Of a stretch of DNA of 64,000 bases, positions 26,341-40,422 are shown in pieces. This stretch comes from Lama guanicoe (Eukaryota), in assembly GCA_013239625.1 (NCBI GenBank), contig MU053873.1:1130524-1194523 (forward strand), given 5' to 3'. A model generated the notes under the pieces. The model was not told the origin of the DNA. It did not search any database and worked only from the letters and a program-made list of their open reading frames with translations. The position numbers were made by a program, and so were the translations under genes. Each line of letters begins with the position of its first letter. The first letter of the stretch is position 1.

Positions 26341-27858
26341 CAAGAGGCCATCCCCAATCTTTCTTTCCCAGAAGCAGAAGGTCCGTCTCCATCAGGCTCC
26401 GATGCCTCCTCTCAGTCCCCTCACTTTCCTGTCATCCGTAAGGCTCCACTAATGCTACTTTCTCCTAGAAATACTTGTTTTCTCCTCTGAACTCTCACAT
26501 TTTTCTACTGTATCTCAACATAGTTCTGCGTTGTATAAAGTCCTTTGGTTACCTGGTTGTCTGTGAGCTTCTAAGAGAGAACAGGGAACAGTGTCTGATT
26601 CGTTTGAGAGTGGGTGGGGAAAGCAGTATCATGGAGTGGGAAAGACTGGCACATTCCAAGAGAACTTCTGTGATGACAGAAATGGGCTGTCTCTGCCCCA
26701 TCCAATCCTATACCAGTAGCCATGCGTGGCTGGTGGCCACTGTGTTAGACAGCTTGGAAATAGACTGAGGAGAAGGCAGTTGGCCCCCAGCTCTACTACC
26801 CAATAATATGTCACCAAGCTTTGTCCTCTCTACTCCCTGCAGGTGTTCCAAATCCACAGTCTCCTCCCCACCCCACTGCCAATCTTGCCTGTATCACAGC
26901 CAAAATCTTCCCCAGGTCGTTCTCCTCCTGAGGCCAAACTGATTTTTTTGGACTAAAAATCTGATCCTGTCCCTTCTCTACTGAGAATACTTCAGCGCCA
27001 ACCCCCCACTAATAAGAGCTGCTCCCTAAACCAAGAACGAATAATGTGTTCTTGGGGCTCCCTGAGTTGTCTATGATAATTTTCTTTTAAAATCTCAAAC
27101 CCACAGAAAGGTGGAAAGGACAGTCTATCTAGCTTTCATTTAGAATTTGCAAGTTATTAACCCTCTGCCCTATCTTTCTGTTTCGCTTTTGCTGAACTAT
27201 TTGAAAGTAAGCTGCAGATGTGAAAACAGTTTACTGCTGGACACTTCAAAATCCATCTCCTAAGAATAAGTATATTTTCTTACATAACCACAATATCATT
27301 AAATTTATGATCATTTTAGTGTTCTGTCTTACTACTAAAAATAACATGAACGTATTCTGGATCATCCAGATGACCTCTATATATACAGTATTGCCACTCA
27401 AATTCAGTGCCTGTGTTAGACTGGATAGGCTAGATTATGCTGCAGTAACAAACAGCCCCCAAACCTTGTTGTCCTGTAGCAAAGTTTATTATTATCTTAT
27501 GCTACATCTCCATTACATGTTGGCTGGTATTTTGCTCCACACTATCTTCCTCCAAATGCCAGCATAATACCAACATAGCCCCATTCTGAATATTGCTGGC
27601 TGTCATAACACAGGGGAACGGAGCTCTGAAAGGTCTCACACCAGCGATAAAGAGTTCTGATCTGGTTCACCACTCACTGGCCGATAGGTGGCCAGAAGCA
27701 AGAGAAGCAGAAATTTAGTAAACAGAGTTCATGAGCGCTATCACACCCAAGTTTTTGTGTTTGATCATCGTGGAGATGAGACAGCACTGCTTAAATTGTC
27801 ATGGGCTAATAAGAAAAGGACAGAGTTGGACTCAATGCTTGAAACTTATGTTTGCATT

Positions 27859-27965
27859 GGCGGGGAGGGGGAGGGTATAGCTCAGTGGTAAAGCATGGGC
27901 TTAGCACGCATGAGGTCCTGGGTTCAATCCCCAGTATCTCCATTAAAAATAAATTAAAAAATTTT
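27859..27965 (+). mobile_element. Camelid tRNA-derived SINE with TSD
   Basis: TAGCTCAGTGG...GGGTTCAATCCC. TSD aaa(c/t)ttatgtttgcatt at 27842-27858 and 27966-27982. Confidence 0.9.
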
Positions 27966-29589
27966 AAATTTATGTTTGCATTAAGTGAAGGCTAGTGATG
28001 TCCACAGCAGGGTGTACAATGGAAGATTTCAGAGACCCCTGCACCTCCTCCCTCTCATCCTCCTAGCACTCCTGCTATCACTAATACAAGCACTGTTCTA
28101 AGCATCTTACACAAATTGTTTCATTTCATCCTCCTAGGAGCTAGGTGTCATCACCACACCATTTCACTCCTGAGAAAATGATGGCTCAGAGAAGTGAAGT
28201 CATTTGTTCAAGACACATAGCTAGTAAGTGGTAGAACCCGGGGTTGGCCTCAGGCAGTCTGACTCCAGAGCTCACACCACAAAGACCAGGTGGTGCAGAA
28301 ACCCGTAGGAGAGAGAAGTCATAGGAAAACAGCATTAGCCTGACCTGCTGTCCTATAAGCAGGTCACACTCAGCGGACCAGGCCATTGCAGTCAGCATCA
28401 TCTCCCTGTTTTGTGTGGTCATATAGATTCAGCGAAACAGCAACATCTGTCACATTAAATTGTTGACAACTGTAATGTTTACTTGCGAATTCGGTTTTAT
28501 AGTTCTGTAAGGAGCTTATACTTAGTGTTATGTTTCTACATTATAATAAAAGCACTTTCAGTGAATACTATGGCTGGGAGAGGGTCAGGAAGAAGTTTTT
28601 TCCTTTAAAAAAAAAAAGTCCATTATACATTATACAGGTTTAAGGAGCAAAAGCCTCTGGGGTAAAGCCCAAATTCCTAAGCAAGACTTCAAAGGCCCTT
28701 TGTGATCTGGTCCCTGCACACATCTCCAGCCTCACCACCCACAGCCCCTTTTCTCCAGTCCTCTGAACTATCTGTAGCTCCCCAGCTTAACATATCTTGC
28801 TCTCTTAGGCCTAGTATAAACTAGGAATTGGTTTGGCTCCATATAATAGGAAACCCAGCTCAGAGTGGCTTAACCAAATAGAAGCCTTAGTCTCATGTAA
28901 CAAGAAGTCCAGAGCTGGGCAGCTCAGTGCTCGTATTGTGGCTCCTCAGTGCCAGCAGAGACCCCTACTCCATCCAACATTCTTCACTCTCAGAGTGTGG
29001 CTGTCAGCCTCGGGCTCATACCCTCATGGTCACAAGATAGCTGCTCTATCTCTAACATCTTCTCTGCATTCCAGTTTTTGGCTATCAGGTGGAATGATGG
29101 CTTCAGAGAAGAATCAAGTTCAGTTGTAGGAAAATGAGAAAAGTTCTTTTTTTTTTTAACCCACCTAGATCTGTGGCTTGTGAAAACTGTACCCACACAT
29201 GGCTGTAAATGCAAAGAAGACTGGGGAGGAGGCTGTGGGTGTGACAGAGTGGATTTTCACCTTCCCATTCTTAGTTCTCAAATAGTTTATAATAAAAATA
29301 AATGTGTGTATTTCTTGGGTGCTGAAAAATTATTTAGAAACAGGAAAGCCACCAAGTATCCACTGATGGGTGAATGAATAAATAACATGTGGTATAGCCA
29401 CACAATGGAACATTACTTGGCCTTAAAAAAGAAGGAAATTCTGTCGTATGCTGCAACATGGATGAAACTTGAGGACACTATGCTAAGTGAAATTAGCCAG
29501 TCACAAAAAACAAATACGCTATGACTCCACTTACATGAACCACATCCTGGACAATGCCTGTTTCTACTGCAAAAAGTCTCCAAAATACA

Positions 29590-30200
29590 GATGTGTCAGT
29601 CACATTTTCCAAGAAGCAGATGGCAAGATGGGATTAGATGTGCAAGAGATTTATGGGAGAAACATTTGTGGGCAATAAAGGGGAAAGGACCAGAGAAGGG
29701 AAGGAAAGCCTTTAGACCCTGCTGCAGGTCTCACACCTGGGAAAGGGAAGGAGTGGACAGAAGGTTGGGTACGAGTCTCAGATGGCCATGCAGTTCTACT
29801 AAAGTTTCAGCCAGGCCAACGGGGAGTCCTTGAACCAAAGTTGCCTGTTTTCGGTGTCCCTTGTCTCCTAGGAATGAGCCTGCACCAGTGGCCCCTCTTG
29901 CTCTGTCACTGGCTGGGAGTGTGAACGCAGGGTGGACCCAGAGGGCAGCGCGTAGGCTCCCAATTAATGATGCTTCCCTGCAGCAGAGGAGCTGAGCAGG
30001 GCATCCTCGTGACGGCCATACGATATAGTAGATTTTTGGATAAAAGGACCTCTCAAAACCCTCCCCTCCATGATATCCACAGAACCAAGCCTGAAGTTCC
30101 AACTCATGTCCTGAAAGTCCTGCATGCCTCTCCCCTCCACACATCGCCCCATGTGGAGGAGGGAGTAACAATTACTGAGGGTCACGTATGCTCTGGGGCT
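29590..30200 (-). mobile_element. ERVL LTR16-like LTR, possibly with adjoining internal sequence
   Basis: agaagcagatggcaagatgggattagatgtgcaagagatttat...tttcagccaggccaacggggagtcc. Confidence 0.6.
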
Positions 30201-31409
30201 GTTTTGTTTTTACCCCATTTAGTTGTCAAAGCAACTCTGAGAAGTATTAATGCCTCACTTGCAGTAGAGTGGCCGAGTCTAGCTGCTTAGGGGTGCAGGG
30301 CAAGCTGGTACCTGGGGTTTGGGGCTTCTGGGGTGGGAGAGGGTTCTTCCAAGACTTACAGAGCAGGGAGGGAACTCCATAAACACAGAAGTGGGTTCCA
30401 TATGCTGGGCAGGAAAAAAAGGAAAGAAAGAGAAATGCCCCCTCTACCAACCCTGATCTGGACCCTCGCCCAGGCAGTGCTGCAGCTCTCTCCTTGGTGC
30501 CCCCGTCCGGCCCCTTCTGGTAGTGCTGATCATATCCGTGGCAATTGCTTAGATTACCTTCCCTTGTTTTAATTCTTCAGTTACATCCACAGGTTTCTTG
30601 TCATCTTTCTTTCTTGTGAGCACTGGGGATTCAGTGTTGAAGGAGATGGGCACCCATCTCCTGGGGTCCAAGGCTCTCTGTACCAATGCTCTGTCCCTCT
30701 GCCATCAACCCCCCTGCTGGGCACATGATCCAGGCTGGCCAATCAGAACACCCATCCCCAAGTCCATGGGTTTAGCATGGCCTATGCCAGCCCAGCAGGG
30801 CTATTCAAAGTCCTCCCTGAACTTCCATATAAGGAAATCGGGAAACAGAAGGCTCTAAGATCATAAGCTGTCAGGACAATGTAAACTGGAGCTGCTTGCT
30901 GTTTTCCCAGACCACGTGGAAAAAGCTATATGAATAGGCAAGAATGAGATTGACACACAAAGGGAAGTAAATAAAGATGGAGTGAGGGGAGATCATGAGG
31001 TCTTGGATCTATCCATCCTTTGAGGCCCTGGATCCAACTGTGCCTGAAGTCCATTTCTAGACTTTTTAGTTAATATGAATCTAACTTTTTTAAAGCTAGT
31101 TTATGTAGGGTTCTGTCATTGTTAACAAAATCACCGCAACAGATGCAATGAGCCTTTCATCTTGAGTTTTATTTAGCCCAGAGTAAGGGATTGATGAATA
31201 TGTGTTAGGTGAATAGAGGATGTGGGTGGATGTGGAGTTGAGCCAATTTTCTTCTTCCATCTTACTTTTCAACTTTTGAAATCTAGCAATTGAGATTCTC
31301 TGTGAGTAATACCTAAATTCACTTCCCTTTTTTTTTTCACATTTTAATTTTATTTTTCTAGTGATGGGAATGGCAATTTACCTCCAGAGTCTTGCTCCTA
31401 TAAATCCAT

Positions 31410-31800
31410 AAGTCTGGTCTAATCATCGGAAAAGTAACTCTGCCCAGGACTCCTCAGAACTGTCAAAGTCATCAAAAACAATGAAAGTCTGAGAAACTGT
31501 CACAGCCAAGAAGAGCCTGTGGAGACAAGATCACTGAAGGTAACGTGGTGTCCCAGATGGAATCCTGGAGCAGATGGACAACAGGTAAAAACTAAGGGAA
31601 TCTGAAATAAGCAGGGACTTTGGTTAACAATAATGTATTGCTGTTGGTTCAGTCATTGCAACAAACACTCCACATTGACAGAAGATGGTAATAAAGGAGA
31701 AAACGGGGTGTCGGGTGCGTGGGAACCCTCTGTACTCCTTTTTGCAATTTTTCTTGGTATATCTAAAAGTGTTTTAAAACATTAAGCTTATTTTAAAAAT
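31410..31800 (+). mobile_element. L1MC/MD-type 3'UTR
   Basis: gtcatcaaaaacaatgaaagtctgagaaactgtcacagccaaga...gggaaccctctgtact...tgcaatttttc. Confidence 0.7.
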
Positions 31801-33309
31801 ATATATATCATGATGAGAGCTAGCAACAAACGTACATACAGTGCTGTGAACTTGTCACTGTAGTCACTGGACTTAAGACCTCGTCTTCTTTTCTTGAAGG
31901 CCAGGACATTTAGAAAGGGCATCTAGGAGAGCTGGGGCTGACTGCTCAGGTGCTCCAAGAGCAGTTCAAAGGCACAAAACCACCCCAGAGAAATGTAGGC
32001 TAAAGAGAACTTGACCACTTCCTTTTACTGTAACTGAGAATTTCGGTTCAGTTTTTAAACATCTACACTCTGTGGCAGCACAGGCCCGCCCTGCTGCATC
32101 GAAATCTCCAGTAGGTTTGGTTGGACAGCGAGAAAGAAAATGCAGAGGTGATCAGGGACTGGGGCATTTTGAACCGTGTAAGGAATTTTGAACGTACAGA
32201 CATTAGGCTCACATCACAGTGGCTTAAAGGAGGTCCCTGTCCCGGAATAAAAAGGGACAATCCCCCTAGGGCCTAGACCCCTCCGATGGTGAACATTCTT
32301 CCTCCCACTAGAAAACCTGAGCCCACTGGATTTCGGATGCATCTCTGAGGACTAAGAACCCACATCCAGGGCTGGGGATACCTTCGTCTCTCCTTCACCC
32401 AGCTCTTTGGCAGCTGCTCCAAGTCATCTGCCTCTCCAGTCCTTGAACCTGGCCCAAGCTCTGGGGCTCTGGCCAAACTCATAGTCTCCCCAGTTATAGG
32501 AGGTCACAGACTATAGATGAGGAAATGGTTTGAAGGGTGAGACACCTTTCCAGGCAGAAGCCCTGTGAGCATGAGGCACATAGTAAGTCAGAACCATGGC
32601 GCGTTTCCCTTTACCAGGCGATTTGTCACCCAGATGCTTCTAATTTGGATACAGTCAAATTTAACAATCTTTTCCTTAATAGTTTGCACTTTTTGCATCT
32701 TTTTAAAGAGCTCCTTCTCCACTCTAATGTTCTGAATATATTTAAGTTTTCTTCTAAAATTGTAAGGTTTCATGTTTCACATTTAGAGCTTTGATGCATC
32801 TGAAATTCATTTATGGTCTGGTGGGACATAGGGAGCCAATTCTGGGTTTTTTTTCACCCAAAAAATCTGTCAGCCCGACACCATCCCTTTCCCGCCGACC
32901 TGCTGGTCTGGTGTCTGGGCTGAGTCAAAGTGGGCCAGTTTGGAGACTCAGGGAGGCCTGTCGGAGCCGCCACCCTCCTGAGCACTGAACTTGCAGCCAG
33001 CACTTTAGAAGCTGCCTTGATGAGGGAAGATGCCTTTTATGGTTTTTAGAAAAGTTGCAATTTAAAACTGTAGAAACTAGCAGCAGAGAGTGAAGAGGAG
33101 TACAAGATCATAGTTACAAATTCAGGCTTTAGCGTCAGAAAGACTGAGCACAGACCCTGCTTCCCCTCTCAGACATGTTTTCTCCCTTCCCGGGGACCCC
33201 CTGCTCCGACCCCAACATCACCCCAGCTCTTCCCTGGCTGTCTAACCCCATGCCCCCTCCCCAGTCACAGATGGCTCAGGTGGGCCCTGGACAAAGGGAG
33301 CCCATCTTA

Positions 33310-33770
33310 GAGGCTCAGGTTGGGTGTCCTAGAAGCAGAGACTGGGGCAGGCAGGGATTCTGGTGCAAGTGACTGACTGAGGGATGACCCTGGGGAGGAA
33401 GCTATAAGGGAGCGAGGGAAGCAGGACAGAGCTGGGGAGGAAGCCAAGCAAGTGCGTGCTTTCGGGAGAGGTCTAACCGCAGCCTGAGCCCACAGGGAGC
33501 TCGCGGGTATTTATTACACTGCAGACTTTGTCCCGCCTTGAGGCCAGGGAGCTGGGCTTTATACTCCACCCTGTTAGTCAGTCATTGGCCACAGGCCACC
33601 CCGGCTGTGTGTGTAACCTCCCAGGCATCTCCTGGCAGGGCAGCTCCCATTAGCTAAGAGAATCCTTCAGAGAAGGATGGAGATTTTCAGCAGCCAACAC
33701 CCAGAGCAGCTGGGAAGGGGCGCACCAGCCTATAAAGAGGACGTGGGCAGGGCACCCACAGCATCCACCC
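33310..33770 (-). mobile_element. ERVL LTR16C-like LTR
   Basis: agaagcagagact...tgcaagtgactgactgaggga...gtcagtcattggcc...cagcagccaacac. Confidence 0.62.
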
Positions 33771-36700
33771 CAGAGACCAGCTCTCCCTACGCGCTGCCAT
33801 TCCGTGTGAATTGGGAAGAACAGTTTGAACAGACAGTCAGGACGTAATGATGAGAAAGCATTTGTCAAAAATATATACTTGGATAGATCTTCACAAAGCT
33901 CATCTGAGAATGAGCTGTTTTACTATTTGATACTTGTTATGTTACGTTGGTTTAATCAAATTGTCCTTTGGCTTCTATTTTTTTCTGATGACACAATAAA
34001 TCTAGGTTCATGGTAAATTATTAAGATGTTAAAGTAATTCACATCTTAGCAAGTAATGTCATACAACCTCTCCCCACACCCTCATCTGCTAGAATCACAG
34101 CTAAGATTTGAAAGTATATTATCTCAGCTATTACCCATAGGAGTCCTCATTTTAAAAGGTTTAGAAAGCAGAGATCTCATTCTATCTGACCCACTGAAAA
34201 TCTTTAGCAAATATACTTAATGGTAATGTTGAAAGCTCTCTGTGAGATGAAGAACGAGACCAAGATACCCACTCTCATCATAAATATTTACTGTGGTCCT
34301 ACAGACCCTGGGCCATTCGAGAAGCAGTAATTAAGGCATACGGCATAAACAGAAAAAAGTAAAACTGCCATTATCCAATAGTCATATGACTGTGCATATA
34401 GAAAGCCCAAGTGAATCTAAACATAAGCCGTAAGAATAAAGGAGTTAATTCAGCAAGTTTGCTACAGAGTTGACATGAAAGATACACTTCTACACACAAG
34501 CAACAGTTATAAAATGAAATATAAAAAAGCACCACATATAATGGCATCAAAAATTAAGATATCTAGAAATCAATATTAAAAAGTTGTGCATGATCTCTTT
34601 ACCCAAAACAAAGACAACAAACAGAACAATCAACAACTATAAAACATTATTAAGAAGTGAAGGATTTCTGAAACAATGCTCAGGCTTCCCAGAGTAAGCC
34701 TTTTATTTGAGCCCATTTGGGTCTGTCCCCTCCCTGAACTATGCTGTCTTGCTATAGGCACTGAACAAACCAATGGGAAAAGTTTACTTGTCAGCAACAG
34801 CAGCAAATACACGACATGCACCCTTTCCTTTGTCTTCAGAACAATTCTGTCCACGGTTATCTCCATAGTGCAAGAGGAAACGAAGGGTCAGAGAGTTCAG
34901 GAGGCTTGCCCAAAGTCACCCAGACAGCAAACTCTCACCCAGGCCTGTCTGACTCGGGAAATAGTGCTCAGAATCACCATTTGATGGCTGGAAACCCAAC
35001 TCAATCTTCAGATTTATACTGAGGCCACAACTTTAAGTCCAAGGTTGTAGGAACACGTATAAAATGAATTTCAAAAATTCCACCAAGTGACCCAGGTTGA
35101 TTCTCATGCCAGAATCCCTGGGTGGGAATTCATCAGAGCTGTGAACTGTGGAATAAAAGTTGTCACCCGTACCTGCAGTGAGGACAAATGGCCACTAGAT
35201 GGCCGTGCAGCCCTTTGTGGTGTCCCCGCCCTCCACCTTGGCTTTTTTCTTCTGGTGGCCAAATCCCAGAAGAGCAGAGAAATGAGAAAAATAAGCACAA
35301 TGTGGGCATTTTCAAAAAGTTCCATGTACTAAATTTAAAAGACCGTCCTATATTCTGAGATCATGTCCTTCTTACTTTGGGGGATGGTTATAGATGGTTG
35401 TTCCTTGTCAAATACTCTTCGCTGGCAAAACTGACTTATCACAGGATACCCTTTTTAAAGAAAATCTTACTGAACTGTGAATTCTGCGTCTGGGATCGGT
35501 GAAGTATTAGCTTCCCCCGAAAAACGAATCCAAGTCAAATATCTTAATGTGATTTAAAGATTCCCAGCCCTCCAAGCAGCTTGAAATAAACAAACTACAG
35601 TAACTGAGAGAGTTAAATATAGTCATGAACACCATATTTAGAAACTTTTTTTTTCTTGATAGTGAAATGAAAAGATGTTGGTAAAAGAATCAGCAAGTCA
35701 AGTTTAGAGTCAGCAGGAATTTCCCAAGGGAGATACTGACTTCGATTATTAAAAGATGGGGAATCTGGTTCTAGAGAAAGTAAAGCATGAAGGATTTTAG
35801 GGCATTGGAGGTCAAGGCACGATTGAGAGGTTGAGGAGAAAGCTCAGACCTGCCCAGGACTGGGGATGCTCTGAAATGGAAGGGAAGGGACTGGGGAAGA
35901 GGAATCTTAGACAAGCACGGTCTTTTGTTTTGCCCTTAAAGATGATGTGTGGCCAAAAGGCATCCGAGCCCCAGGGATGGCTAGAAGACCATCCAGCTAT
36001 GGACACAGCCATTGTTTTGCTTTGTTTTGTTTTTTCCTTAAGAACTGTTAAAATCTGGGACCCTCACTCAGCGTGGCCCTGCTTCGGGACAGCTTTATTG
36101 TCTTCTGCTGCCCATGCACTCAGCACGCCAGCTGTCTGCTGCTCTTTCTTGGTGTGGCTTGAAATTCTCCTTCCATATTTCTTTGGCTAATAACTTCCTT
36201 AGGCCCATTCTGTGCCAGTCACAGTTCTAATTGCTGTACACTGAATCTTCACAATGTGAATAATCTCCCCAGGTTACCAGTGGGGAGTCTGAGACTCCAG
36301 AAGAGATGTGGTGATTCTCTCAAGGTGACTCACCCTCTTGGTCATGCAGGTGGAGCCTGGATTCTTCCAGGCCAGGCCTTCGGGAGCTGGGCTGGGCATG
36401 GTTGGTCTGCGGCTATGCACTGTACCGAGGAATTGGCGTCTGAGCCCTGGGTGAGGAGAACCAGGGAAAGTCCCAAAGTGTCAAGTTTAGTGGAGCAGGT
36501 GTTGAGCAAGAGTCAGACAGGAAGCCAAGATGGACATCTGAGAGCAAGCCAGCTGGGCCAGCGAGTCTGGGAAGCAGGGCTGAGAAGATTCCCAAAGGCC
36601 CAGGGATGGAAGGGTGAGAGCATTCTGGGGGGCACCACTGCACGGTACCTGGAATCCACAACCTCAAGTGGTGAAGGGCAGCAAGAGAAAAAGCCAGTCC

Positions 36701-36929
36701 CAGGAGTAAGACGCAGTTGGGAAGGTGGAGGAGAATGTCCCAGCTTGGAACAATTCACCTCCAATTCTCCCATCTCTCTCCTTCCTCCTCCGTCTAGGTG
36801 CTCCAAGCTGTAAAATTAACCCATTTTCCTGAATAGGAAATAGGCGTGCAAAAGGGTTCAATAGGCATGCAATTGGGTCATTCTGATTCTAGGTGTCTCT
36901 TTTTTAACTATATTTTATTTTAAGCAACA

Positions 36930-37395
36930 TGTACCTATCTCTTGTTTTCATTTCTCTTGGGTATATATACACCTAGGAGTGGAATTGCTGGGTCATAGGG
37001 TAATTCTGTTTCACATTTTGAGGAACTGGCAGATTTTCCATAGCAGCTGCAAATTTTTACATTCCTGTCAGCAGGGTATGAGATCCGATTCCAATTTCCC
37101 CACATTCTCATCAACACTTGTTATTTTAGCCACCCTCACTGGTGTGAAGTGATACCTCATTGTGCTTTTGATTTGCCTTTCCTTAAATGACTAGTGATAT
37201 TGAGCATCTTTTCACGTGCTTTTTGGCCATTTGTATATCTTCTTTGGAGAAATGTCTAGTCAGATCCTTTATCCATTTTTAATTGGGTTATTTGTCTTTT
37301 TAAGATTGAATGGTAATATTTTATAGATTCCAAATACAAGACCCTTAGCAGATATAAGATTGGCAAAAATTTTCTCCCATTCTATAGGATGGCAG
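36930..37395 (-). mobile_element. L1 ORF2 C-terminal fragment
   Basis: Encodes [14 protein letters not shown]. Confidence 0.82.
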
Positions 37396-38044
37396 GATGT
37401 ATATATATATTTTTAGAGTCCTTGAATGTTTGAAGAAATTCTTTATTCCATCCTGACACTTGATTAGTGGGTTTCAGTGGGTTGAGAAATCAAAGTTGAA
37501 AATAATTTTTCCTCAAAATTTGAAGACATTGCCCATGACTTCAAGACTGGAATGTTGCTGTGGAGAAATGCTCTCCATTATGATTTCCCATCTACTGTAC
37601 ATGATTGTTCTTTCTAGAAATGTAGTGTTCTCGCTTATCCATGGTGTCCCAAATGTAAGAATGCCTTTACCTGGCTCTTTTCAGTCTCTGTGCTGGGTAG
37701 TCAGAAAACCTTTTTAAAGATAGAGATTCATGGCCTCTACTTTGGGGAACTTGTTTTGTATTATTTCTTCAGCTATTTCCTCACTTCCACTTTCTCAGTT
37801 CTTTTTTCCTGGAACTTCTGGGAGTTGGATATTGGACCTCCTGGATTGAGCCTCCAATTTCCCTACATTTTTCCTCTCCTATTGTCCACCTCTCTATCTT
37901 TTGGTTCTACTTCCTGGCCCGTTTCTTTGTCTCTATCTTCCAAACTTCCTGGGTTTTTTTTGGGGGGGGGTTTGTTTGTTTGTTTTTTAATTTTAGCTAT
38001 CATACTTCTTCACACAAGAGCTGTTTTTAAAATTGTGTTCCTCT

Positions 38045-38122
38045 TTAAAATTGAAGTATAGTTGATTTAAAATGTGTTAGTTTCAAGTGTACAGTAAAGT
38101 GATTCAGTTGTACATATGTATA

Positions 38123-38154
<32 letters not shown>

Positions 38155-38257
38155 CACATGTATCTATTCATTTTCAGTTATCACAAGATACTGAATATAG
38201 TTCCCTGTGCTATAGAGTTGGACCTTGTTATTTATCTATTTTCTATACAGTAGTGTG
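38045..38257 (-). mobile_element. Artiodactyl-type L1 3' end with (TG)n(TA)n microsatellite
   Basis: aattgaagtatagttgattt...gaatatagttccctgtgctata. Confidence 0.75.
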
Positions 38258-39074
38258 AAAATTTTGTCCCCTTTTCATAGCATCCTGTTCTGGTGTTATG
38301 GATGCAATATTTTCTCTACATCTCTAAGGATAAATAACTCTGGGTTCAGGGATATTTTTTATTGCTATTGTTGCCTTGTTTTCTTGTACCCCCTGAACTG
38401 TTTCTGTTTTCCCTTTTTGTTGCTGTTGTGTTTTACTCTCAGTCTTTGATACTGAAGAATTTCTTCAGATGTCTAAGGATACTTGGCCATCTTTTGATTT
38501 GAGTTTGAAGTTGAGAATGGGGGAACCAGAAACCAGATTCGCTGTTCTGGATTTGTGGGAGGGGCTTGTTAACCATTTGGTTTTCTGGGTAACATGATCA
38601 AGGGAAAACCAGTCTTTTTCATTTGATGGCTCTCAAAACGACAGGGCATGTGGGTCATTTATTTGGGACAATTCATTGTTTCTGAAGAAGAACCTCTGAG
38701 CTCCTGTTTTGGGATAAACTGGGAGGAAGAGAGAGAAAGAGACCTGGAGGTCTAGCCATTTCTTATGCAGACTTTTAATTAATCCTTTTGTTCTTAGTTT
38801 TCCATCTTATCTCCACCCCCTGCCATGTTGGATCTCCCTAAATCTAAGGTCTCTGTAGCTCAATTCAGACTCTAAATTTAGCTCCACAGGTAAGGTTTTC
38901 AGGGAATGAATCTGTTTACTTTCACCAGATACATCATTTCATTTTATCCCTTAATAATGACAAGCCTTTCTATAATGCCTCAAACATAGGGTTGCCAGAT
39001 TTAGCAAATAAACATACAGGATAACCAGTGAAATCTGAATTTCAGATAAACAGTACAATATTTGGGACAAGCTT

Positions 39075-39583
39075 TGTACTAGTCAGCTTGGGCTGCCATA
39101 ACAAAATACCATAGATGGAGTGGTTTAAACAACAAAAATGACTTTCTCATAGTCCTGGAGGCTACGAGTTCAAGATCAAGATTCTGGCTAATTTGGTTTC
39201 TAGTGAGAGTTCTCCTCCTGGCTTGCAGACAGTAGCCATCTCACTGTGTCTTTATAGGATGGGGAGAGAAAAGGAGGGAGCTTTCAGTTTTGTTTTGTTT
39301 TGGTTTTAGTTTAAATTTTGTTGGTGGGGAGGTAATTAGGTTTATTTATTTAATTTATTTTTTTAATGGAGGTACTGGGAATTGAACCCTGCACCAATGA
39401 GCTACACACTCCCCAAGGGGGAGCTTTCGGGTGTTTCTTCTTATAAGGACACTAATCCTATTGGATCAGGGCCCCACCCATTTGACCTCATTTAACCTTC
39501 ATTATTTCTTCCAAATACAAGTTAGGACTTCAACATGGGAATTTGGGGGATGAGAAGTGAACACAAATATTTGATGCATAACA
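39075..39583 (-). mobile_element. MaLR solo LTR (MLT1A-like) inserted in MER53
   Basis: tgtactagtcagcttgggctgccataacaaaatacc...acacaaatatttgatgcataaca. Confidence 0.82.
39286..39414 (-). mobile_element. Camelid SINE (internally deleted) inserted in an MLT1A LTR
   Basis: ggaggtaattagg...ggaggtactgggaattgaaccc...gagctacacactcccc, flanked by the repeat gggagctttc. Confidence 0.82.
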
Positions 39584-40146
39584 ATCATATACTAAAAATT
39601 ATTTGTTGTTGATTTGAAATTCAAATGTCACTAGATGTCCTACATTTTACCTGACCTGTTCACCCAACTATGCTTTCTGATGCTCTTCCCGGTGCTGGGC
39701 TCTGGACTCAGTTGGCTCGCCTCACGAGAGCACTGCCAGAAAGGGCCATTATCATTCCTGCTTTTACCCCAGGAGGAAGTCATGCCTTGAGAGGTTAAGC
39801 AACTCGCCCAAAGTCACACAACGACCAAGTGGCTGAGGCAGATAGATGAGGCAAGAGTCAAACTGCTGAGGCAGAAGCAAACCCAGAGTATCTGACTGCA
39901 AAGCAAGGCTGGTGATGGCTTTATCAAAGCCCCTCTCCAGAGAGAGTTAAACCCAGGCTTGGGACTGGGCTCTGTTAGCTCAAAGTGCATGAAGTTCTCG
40001 GAAATGAAACTATGTGGGTACAAAAGCCACATGCCCACAGCTAGCAATAATGCAACCTCCTGCTCACCAAAAACTGTATTCAAACAAACTAACAGTGAAG
40101 TACCGGAAACAGTTCATCAGGGCAACACCTTTAGACATGGATGAAT

Positions 40147-40331
40147 TAAATAAATAAGCAACAAGTTCCTACCATATGACACAGGGATCTATATTCAATA
40201 TCTTGTAATAGCCTAAATGAAAAAGAATATGAGAAGGAATACATATATGTACAACAAAATCACTATGCTCTATGCCAGAAAATAACACAACATTGTAAAC
40301 CGACTACACTTCAATTAAAAAAAAAAAAAAA
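40147..40331 (+). mobile_element. Young L1 3' end with poly(A) and TSD
   Basis: ...acacaacattgtaaaccgactacacttcaatt(A)n. TSD ggatgaatt at 40138-40146 and 40332-40340. Confidence 0.82.
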
Positions 40332-40422
40332 GGATGAATTGACTCCAGGGAAACATGTCAAATCAAATATTGCTGTGGCCTTGGCCTTGGCCTTTTTTCT
40401 AGGATAGTCACCTTTCCTTTTT

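Larger units (their letters stand above)
38987..39655. mobile_element. MER53-like palindromic DNA element, split into 38987-39074 and ~39586-39655
   Basis: agggttgccagatttagcaaataaa...gaatttcagataaaca and its inverted arm tgttgatttgaaattcaaat...gtcctacattttacctg. Confidence 0.75.

Noticed and set aside
27859..27945. tRNA-like A/B-box sequences (also at 22361, 54098, 55945, 60074) as tRNA genes
   Set aside because: They have A-rich tails and TSDs and lack a paired acceptor stem, so they are SINEs.
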